Shown here in pieces: positions 57,056 to 64,000 of a stretch of DNA of 64,000 nt. How positions within the stretch are numbered: the stretch's first letter is position 1; every line of letters starts with the position of its first letter. The translations under genes were made by a program, and so were the position numbers. Source of the DNA: Azolla caroliniana (Eukaryota > Plantae > Polypodiophyta); NCBI GenBank assembly GCA_043228905.1, contig JBHGNT010000021.1, positions 3,472,001 to 3,536,000 of the forward strand. Direction: 5' to 3'. Below the pieces are notes generated by a model. That model was not told where the DNA came from. It saw only the letters and a program-made list of their open reading frames with translations, and did no database searches.

Positions 57056-60000
57056 TCATTCCTCGCCCGTCGGTTCTTCCTCGTTTCCGGATCGTTCGTC
57101 ACTGCTGACTAGGAGAGCCGGGTCCGGCTCGTCGTCATGTCGCTTCTTGAACGCTTTGATCCGCTTCCCTGCAACCGGTATCGCCACTCTCGTGCCGTCA
57201 AGTTCCGCCAGGTGATATGTCCCGTTGTCATTGGCGCTCCGTACCACGTAAGGCCCGAACCACCTTCGTGCAAACTTCCGTGTAGCCCGGTGCTGGTTGT
57301 CGAGGCTGCTATCGTAGACGAGCACCCAGTCACCTTCTTCGATTTTCTTCGGTCGGAGCCGGTGCGTTCGGTCGAACCTGGCTTTGTTCTTCTTCCTCGC
57401 CACCCGGAGCCTCTCCGCAGCCAGTTCCACGTCCTCCGGTCTCCGCTCGAGCTGTCGTATACGCGCGGCCAACAACTCCTCCCGGCTCATCTCGTCCCTC
57501 CAGTCGACCGTTGCCCACGAGGAGATCGTCCGTTCCATCGGCATGATCGGCTTCTGGCCGAACATGAGCTCCGTCGGCATGTACCCGGTTACCGAACTGT
57601 GCGTGGTCCGGTCTGCCCACAAAGCATAAGGTAGCAGCCGCGGCCAGTTACCGACTTGGCCTCCGCATGCCCGAACCAACGCCTTGACGATCGGTCCGTG
57701 TCCGCGCTCCACCTTTCCATTCGCCTCCGGATTGTACGCAGTGGTGAGCGAGAGCTTGACTCCCAGCCGGTCGAACAGCTCCGCGGCTTCTTCGGCGTCC
57801 AACTCCCCTCGGTCAGCCACGATCTTCCCGACGCACCCGTACCGGCATATCACGTCCTCAATTAGGAACCGGCATACGGCCGCGGTCGTTTTGTTCGGAA
57901 GGGCCCGGCCTTCCACCTGGTTCGTCAGATCCTCCCGCGCTAGGACCAGGTACCGCATTTGTCCCACTCCCATTGGCATCGTTACCAGATCTACCATCCA
58001 TTTGAAATGGATGGCCGGAGGGTACGTAGGGTGAAGCTCGTCTCGATGTCGGACTATGGAGTGCATCTGGCAGCTCTCGCAAGTTGTCACGAACTGATGC
58101 ACGTCCTGGTACTGCCCCGGCCACCAATACTTCCCCTTCAGTTTCTCAAACGTAGCCCAAGTTCCACGGTGTCCAGCCCAAGGGCTGTCGTGGTAGGCCG
58201 TCAGCAGCTCCTCCTGTTCTTCCTTCATCGCCACCACCCGGAGCGGAGCGCCGTCCCTCTTCTTCGGGTGCTTCCATAGATAGCCATCCCGGAGGAAGAA
58301 CCGGTACGCTTTCTTCCGGATCCGGTTGGCCTCGTCCTTCGTCCATGACGCATCGGGCGTCATTGTTTTCAAAAACCCACCGATCTGCAGCCACTCCCCG
58401 TCGTACTTGCTCGCGTCGAAGTCGTTGAGCGCCGGAGTGCTTGTTCCGCCGGTTGTTACATACGCAGTCTCGAAAAAGTCCACGCCGACCTCTTCGTCCT
58501 CCGAGACCATGCCGCCCTCGTCATCGAATCTCGCCCTTGAAAGCATGTCGGCCATGGCGTTGTCTTTCCCGGAAATGTGTCGTATTACCGGGTCTAGGGA
58601 CTTGATGTACGCTATCCACCTGAGCATTGCCAGGTCCGGCGTCGCGCATCCGGAAACCATGCCGAGAATCGGCATGCAATCCGTCTCTATGATTACCTCC
58701 GTCCCGATCAGATAGTCCTTGTCGGCCTTCACCGCCGAAACGATACCCCAGAGTTCGCGTTCGCTGAGGACCTTCGCGCCGAATCGGATCGGAAACCGAT
58801 TGCCGTCCTCGTCTTCTTGGTTGACGACCCACCCGATTCCGGTCGGACTCGTGTCAACCGTCACGTACACTGGGGCGCCCTTCCTGTAGACGGCCTTTCG
58901 GAGCGCCGGTGCTGCCGAAAGAGCCTCCTTCAGCTTCCGGACCGACTCCGTGTGCTTGTCTAGCCACTCGAATCTTCGCCCTTTTCTCAATAATCCGTAT
59001 AACGGCTCCGCAACGTGGGCGTAATGCGGGATCCATATGTGGTAGAATGCGCATGCCCCCAGGAATCTTCGTACTTCCGTGACCGAGCTGCAGTCGGGCT
59101 TCATCGCGGAGATGGCTTCCACCTTTGCCGGAGACGGTTTCCGGCCATATGGCCCACATAAGTGTCCGACCACCATGATTTCCGACTGCCCGAAGGCTGA
59201 TTTCTCCCCCGAGAAGGTGAGTCTCGCATCCTCTAGCCTTTGCAGCACCTTCTCGCAGTCGTCGATGTGCGTCGCCACGAATCGCCGGCATCCGTCCGGC
59301 CCGATCGTCTCGTCCTTTTCTTCCACCGGGCATCCCTTGATCGGGATGTCGTCCAGAAACGGCATGGTGATGTCCGGGATACAGTCCCTCAGAACCTTGT
59401 TCATCGCATTCACCATGTGGGCCACCGAGTTGGTCCCTCCTTGCGGCAGTGTACACATCCGAACTAGGCCGAGGGGAGTTCGCATCGTCGTAATGTCTCT
59501 GCTCTCCACGGCTAGCTGGAACTGGTCGTACCCTGAGTATAGATCCCCGACCGAGTAAATTGACCTTCCGGCGAAGGCCTCCGCGAACTCGTCTGTGGTC
59601 GGTCCGATCCCTGCGTTCCGAATGGTCACTCGATTGACCGGCTGCAGGTCCTGGATGAAGCGCAACGAACCGTTTTTCTTCGGTACGGTAAACCATCGAT
59701 TCGAATATGGGGCGCTCGACGGCTCGAGAATTCCCATATCAACTTTCTGCCTCAGCAGCTCCATCAACTTCGGGATGTGAGCTCTCGGAACCGGGATTGG
59801 CTTGAGATTCCACGGTACATGCGGTACCGTGAATATCACCATTGGCTCCACGATCGTCGGGTCAACGCACCCGATTTCCTCCGGCGAGAATGCGAAGGCT
59901 TTCCCGTGCCTTCCGAGCATTCTCCGAAACCGGTCTTCCTCCGCCGGCAGTAGGAACCCGCCCCCACCGATTTTGAGCTCTCGGAGCGTCTCGTCGGTGA

Positions 60001-60523
60001 AGGTGTGTCCTATGCAGGCCGGATCTCGTAGACTAGGGTCCGATGCAACCCCTTTGATTCTCGACGCGCTGTCCTCCGGTAAGGGTGCCGCGACTGGCCT
60101 TACCTTCCGGTCCACAGTCTTGTACTTGGTGCTTACGTGGGCCGTCCGAACTGACTCGAGCCCTCGACCGAAGTCCGCGATGACTCCGTACATCTCCTCG
60201 GAACACACCGGTATCGTCCGGTCTTCGTTAAGGCCTTCTTCGACTACCTTTCCCAGCATTCCCAAGGTGTCGTCGAATGAGACCGCCTCCACGGCTCCGT
60301 TGATTTCCTCGTCGGGGCCGAGAACTCCGCACGCTCGAAGTCTCCCCTCCGCCTTTGTCTTCTCTCGGCCGCCGATGCCGACTATCGTACACGCTCCGCT
60401 GTCGGAGAAGCAAAATACCCTACCTGTCGTACACGGTTTTATCGTACAGATGTGGGGTTTTCCCGGAGCATCCGGACTGTCGCGGCCCCACGCCTTGGCA
60501 GCCCTCTCTAAAAATCCTCTCGG
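57056..60523 (-). CDS. pol: Pol (RT-RNase H-integrase) of element B, -1 frame, no ATG of its own near the start
   Basis: The frame is open from 60523. RT: DLYSGYDQ, LPQGGTNS, FLDD. RNase H: VDTS, ELWG, ETDC, ADMLSR. Integrase: H-H-C-C, D-D-E and GPY. Confidence 0.93.
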   Translation of the reverse strand, partial: PRGFLERAAKAWGRDSPDAPGKPHICTIKPCTTGRVFCFSDSGACTIVGIGGREKTKAEGRLRACGVLGPDEEINGAVEAVSFDDTLGMLGKVVEEGLNEDRTIPVCSEEMYGVIADFGRGLESVRTAHVSTKYKTVDRKVRPVAAPLPEDSASRIKGVASDPSLRDPACIGHTFTDETLRELKIGGGGFLLPAEEDRFRRMLGRHGKAFAFSPEEIGCVDPTIVEPMVIFTVPHVPWNLKPIPVPRAHIPKLMELLRQKVDMGILEPSSAPYSNRWFTVPKKNGSLRFIQDLQPVNRVTIRNAGIGPTTDEFAEAFAGRSIYSVGDLYSGYDQFQLAVESRDITTMRTPLGLVRMCTLPQGGTNSVAHMVNAMNKVLRDCIPDITMPFLDDIPIKGCPVEEKDETIGPDGCRRFVATHIDDCEKVLQRLEDARLTFSGEKSAFGQSEIMVVGHLCGPYGRKPSPAKVEAISAMKPDCSSVTEVRRFLGACAFYHIWIPHYAHVAEPLYGLLRKGRRFEWLDKHTESVRKLKEALSAAPALRKAVYRKGAPVYVTVDTSPTGIGWVVNQEDEDGNRFPIRFGAKVLSERELWGIVSAVKADKDYLIGTEVIIETDCMPILGMVSGCATPDLAMLRWIAYIKSLDPVIRHISGKDNAMADMLSRARFDDEGGMVSEDEEVGVDFFETAYVTTGGTSTPALNDFDASKYDGEWLQIGGFLKTMTPDASWTKDEANRIRKKAYRFFLRDGYLWKHPKKRDGAPLRVVAMKEEQEELLTAYHDSPWAGHRGTWATFEKLKGKYWWPGQYQDVHQFVTTCESCQMHSIVRHRDELHPTYPPAIHFKWMVDLVTMPMGVGQMRYLVLAREDLTNQVEGRALPNKTTAAVCRFLIEDVICRYGCVGKIVADRGELDAEEAAELFDRLGVKLSLTTAYNPEANGKVERGHGPIVKALVRACGGQVGNWPRLLPYALWADRTTHSSVTGYMPTELMFGQKPIMPMERTISSWATVDWRDEMSREELLAARIRQLERRPEDVELAAERLRVARKKNKARFDRTHRLRPKKIEEGDWVLVYDSSLDNQHRATRKFARRWFGPYVVRSANDNGTYHLAELDGTRVAIPVAGKRIKAFKKRHDDEPDPALLVSSDERSGNEEEPTGEE
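60452..60517 (-). promoter_or_regulatory. Predicted -1 ribosomal frameshift signal
   Basis: G-GAT-TTT (60517-60511), then spacer TAGAGA, then a pseudoknot with stems GGGCTG/CAGTCC and GTGGGG/CCCCAC. Confidence 0.75.
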
Positions 60524-62634
60524 TTATCGGAACCGAGGGAGTCGCGGTTACGCTCGTGGTTCGGCCTAACCGTCAAAAACTGGACCGAATGGCGCCCGTC
60601 CTGGCTCTTGACCCGCGCATAGGCCGAACCATTGTCCAGCACCTTGGTCTCCATTCGCGCCGCCGTGATGTACGGCTCTCCCAGTATGACCGGATGCGAA
60701 GACGTCTCCTGCACGAAGAAGTGCTGGTCAATCTCGACGTCGCCGATCTTGACTCGCACATTCGGACAGGCCCCGTGCAGTTCCTCGGTGGCGCGCGTTG
60801 CTGCCCTTATTTTCCACCCGTGCTTGGTGTTGATCGGCCATTTGCCCTTCTTATAGAAGTCCATGGACATCAAATTGATCTCCGATCCGTGGTCTACCAA
60901 AGCTATCACCGGTTCCTGGACATCGCCGATCTTCACCGGGGTTTCCGTGGTCGCTCGGGCCCAGTGCGGTCTCGAATAGTGGCTTTCCGCCCACTCGTCT
61001 CCCAGCGCCATGTCGTCTAGGTGCGTCGTCCGCACTTCCACCGGTCTTTCCGGTTCTGTCTCCGTTGACAGCCTCTTCCGTTTCACCAAGTCCACGATGG
61101 AGTCGTGGAACTCCTTCTTGGCGATTCCCAGCACCTCCCGTAGCGACAGCTCCACCTTGCTGTCGAGGATCCGTTCCTCCAGGACCTTTCGTAAGTCCGT
61201 GGTTCTTTCTATCTCCGTCCCCAGACGGTACCCGCCCTTCTGGGGTTTATCTTGCGTACCGGCCCCGCCGGCTTCGTCCCGTCGTGGCCCGGACCGGGTC
61301 TTGTATCGTTGTGAGGGCCCGGTCGTCCCGGGTTTCCCCACCCGCTTCTCTTCTACCAGAGCCTCGTAGTTCCGGCAAGCGGCTTCCACGAAGCCCGTCT
61401 TTTCCTCGACCGGGTCGCTCCACCCGGTCATCTCCCGTACCCGTTTCTCCGCATGGTCCGATTCCTCCCTCTTCATCCTCGTATCGGCAAGGCCTTCCAG
61501 CACCGTCGGCCAGAATCCGGCTTTGCTTTCCCTTCGGGCCTCGTTGCCCCCGACTCGAATACCGGCCGACGCCGAGTAGTGGACGGTTTCCGCATGTCGG
61601 GCCGCCGCCTCTTCCATCAACCTCTTCATTCCGCCTCACCCGTCGTTTCGGTTTAGGGCCCTTCTCGTGTCGTTGGCGTGAACCCGGCCTTCCCATAGGT
61701 ATACCACCCGGTTCCTCAGCGCCTCTGCGAAATCGCCGCAGTCCTTCCGAATGTGGCCGACTTCATCGCACCACATGCACCTGTTTCCTGCCGCCGGCCG
61801 TCGGTCACGAGCCGGTTCGCCTCCTTCCCTTCGGGCCTGCGCGATTTGGAGGTCCTTTATCGCCTTCGTCAATTCCTCCAGCGCCGCTCCTCCGGTTGAG
61901 CCTCTGACTACGCCGGTCGAAGCCGAACCGGTATCCAACCACTCTCGGGTCTCTTCCTTTCGCACCTGTGGCGCTGGTTCGAGCTTCCTTGCTGCGACCG
62001 AGCCCGACCCGGTTGCACCGTTATCCGCCCATTCTCGCCGTTTGTCGAAACGGCCACAGACCTTCCTGACAGCCGCCCAGTCGGTAGTGAGCCCGTCTTC
62101 GGTTTCCAGCAAGAGGCCCACGTGCTCCCGATCCCGTTCGTCGACCGACTTGACAAACAGCAAGACCCGGCTCGTGTCCAGGATGGTTCGGTCGAGCGCC
62201 GAAAGGCGCGCAAAGTTTTCCTCGAACTCCCGGAGGAGCGCCGACGCGTTTCTTCCCTTCCCCGGGGACTCCACCCATTCCATGAACCTTCGCTTCGAAA
62301 GCCGGAGCGCGTCGTCTAGCCCGTATTTCTCTAGGAGCCGACCTTCGAACTCCTCCCAGGTACGGCTCTCCGTCCGCACCTCGAGCACCTCCGCATGGAT
62401 GCTCGGCATCGCCACTCGCGGAAATCCGGCAAGACGCCTTTCTTCCGGAATGTCCCGCATCAACATTTCTGCACCGTAGGACGCCAGATACTTCGTGGCA
62501 TCCCTCCCATCGAACCGGCCGATCGTGCCGACGACCGCCTCAATAGCTCTGTCGAGGGCACCGGTGCCCTCGCGCGCGTTTACAATCCGATCCACGGCCG
62601 AAGCCATGGCCTCTGCGAGATCCGACCCCCTCAT
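60508..62634 (-). pseudogene. gag: Gag-protease frame of element B, interrupted by one in-frame TGA (61638-61636)
   Basis: ORFs 61636-62661 and 60508-61629 share a frame. CCHC knuckle CMWCDEVGHIRKDC. Aspartic protease ALVDHGSEINL...VILGEPY. Confidence 0.88.
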
Positions 62635-64000
62635 CTTCTGCTCTTCTGCCGCCTCTTTCACGTCGGGTTCACCAAATATGTCGAGATATTACGCAAGTGC
62701 GTGTGAAAATGAGGCGGGACCGCGGGGGTCTCGAACCAAAGAGCAAGCAAGGGAGGAGAAAGAGAGAGAACCGGCTACGCAGGACCGGGGATACGCAGGG
62801 ACACGGCCCTTCAGCACGGAGAACGCGAACAGACACCGACACAGACAGATGCGAATGACTAAATATGTGTATTAACAAAAATGGCTAACACGACTACAAC
62901 CCTCGATGGGGCACAGGTTGGTTACAACCGAACAGGCCGGCGAACAGATGCCGATGCCTGTTCGCTTCGACGCACAAACGGGGTAGCAGGTCGGAGGTGC
63001 TGCCGGAAGCACTCGGCGTTCCTCGAAACAGCGCGAGCCTCCTCGGAACCCTGCACAGGAGCTATGGAGCTCGAGAAGGAAGGAAACACAGAGAGAGAGA
63101 GAGAGAAGCGTCCAGAAACGGTCCGGCAGCACTTCGTCCTCTCCGCCCGAGATCCCTGCAACAGCTCTTTCCTGCTCCTTATATAGGCCGACGAGCAGGC
63201 CGTCATGTCAGCTTTATTCCCTGTCCCTTTTGGACAGGGATCCGCTCCGTTTTTCACGCATCCGCGTAGTTACGCCGCCGACTCGTACAGTTCGCGCGCG
63301 CGACCGAAAAGACTGTTCGCGCGGTCTTTGTCTCCACTTGAGTTAGGGCCCGTTCCTGCCGATTATCCTCCTAATTCGCTTCTATGTACAACTTGGAGCG
63401 TGCGCGCGTGAAGAACCGGTTCCCACGCCTTGGTGCGCCGATTCCGCCTATGGACGGTTTTCTTCACGACACCGTTTCGTAGGAAGAACCGGTATGCCTT
63501 CTTTCGGATCCGGCTTGCTTCGTCTTTCGTCCATGTCGCATCCGGCCCCAACATGCTTAGGAACTTACCAATCTGGAGCCACTGCCTGTCGTAATCGTTC
63601 CCATCGAACTCGTTCAAGATCAAAGTGCTCCACTTTTTTGCCGACATTCGAGCCGACTCGAAGAAGTCCACGCCGACCTCTTCGTCTTCCGACACCATGC
63701 CATCCTAGTTCTCGAACCGTGCTCTTGAGAGCATATCAGCCATGGTGTTGTCCTTTCTGGGGATGTGTCATATCTCCGGCTTCAGGGCCTTGATGTACGT
63801 GATCCACCGAAGCATCGCCAGGGCCGTAGATGCACATCCGGAAATCAAACTGAGAACCGGTAGGAAATTTGTCTCGATTATCACTTCTGTCCGGATCATG
63901 TAGGCTTTATTGTCCTTTACCGCCGAAAGGATACCCTAGAGTTCGTGGTTAACCTGGGTGTATCCTCGTTGCCGCTCGCTTAGCACCTTCGCACCGAACC

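Larger units (their letters stand above)
56192..63471 (-). mobile_element. Young full-length Ty3/gypsy LTR retrotransposon B (7280 bp, no chromodomain)
   Basis: 793-bp LTRs at 62679-63471 and 56192-56984, with only one difference seen by eye (A/G, AQS vs ARS in the ORF track). TSD CCGT at 56188-56191 and 63472-63475. tRNA-Trp PBS at 62658-62674. PPT adjacent to 56985. Confidence 0.97.
54068..64000 (-). mobile_element. Older degenerate gypsy element D (3' LTR 54068-54886; pol remnant split by element B; runs off the window)
   Basis: LTR TG...CA with an adjacent PPT. Integrase remnant at 54959-56190 and RNase H/linker at 63472-64000 have stops and frameshifts. Removing B restores FFLRNGKIW. 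Confidence 0.9.

Noticed and set aside
61630-61641. Programmed stop-codon readthrough at the gag TGA
   Set aside because: The context lacks a CARYYA or CUAG readthrough signal, and a CpG transition from CGA (GRGG) is simpler. It is kept only as an alternative to test.
46482-63793. Numerous long overlapping and antisense ORFs in the retroelements
   Set aside because: Expected in high-GC sequence with few stops; they lack motifs and shadow the gag and pol frames or the LTRs.

Overview
Land-plant nuclear DNA. A fern is likely, inferred from the PLS-PPR remnants and the TE types, but this is not provable from the window. The left half (1-32 kb) holds four intact spliced genes that I assembled exon by exon with GT-AG junctions and consistent phases: a GA3ox-like 2OG dioxygenase (+), an OPT oligopeptide transporter (-), plastid GAPDH subunit B with its two-Cys C-terminal extension (+), and an 11-exon 2OG-Fe(II) dioxygenase (-). 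It also holds a His-rich orphan ORF, LINE remnants, a short-LTR element, an hAT-type MITE and many intronic tandem repeats. 32-43 kb is AT-rich intergenic DNA. 45.6-64 kb is a nest of related, GC-rich, tRNA-Trp-primed Ty3/gypsy elements. Most notable: (1) all three complete TSDs of this family are 4 bp with a central CpG (ACGG, ACGG, GCGC), and a fourth single flank reads ATGG; (2) the youngest copy has a G-GAU-UUU slippery site, 6-nt spacer and predicted H-type pseudoknot placed after the protease, giving a gag-pro/pol layout; (3) a 789-bp mini-element is built from LTR tips plus a stop-free gag segment; (4) the same splice-signal-like satellite precedes two separate PPR remnants 36 kb apart.
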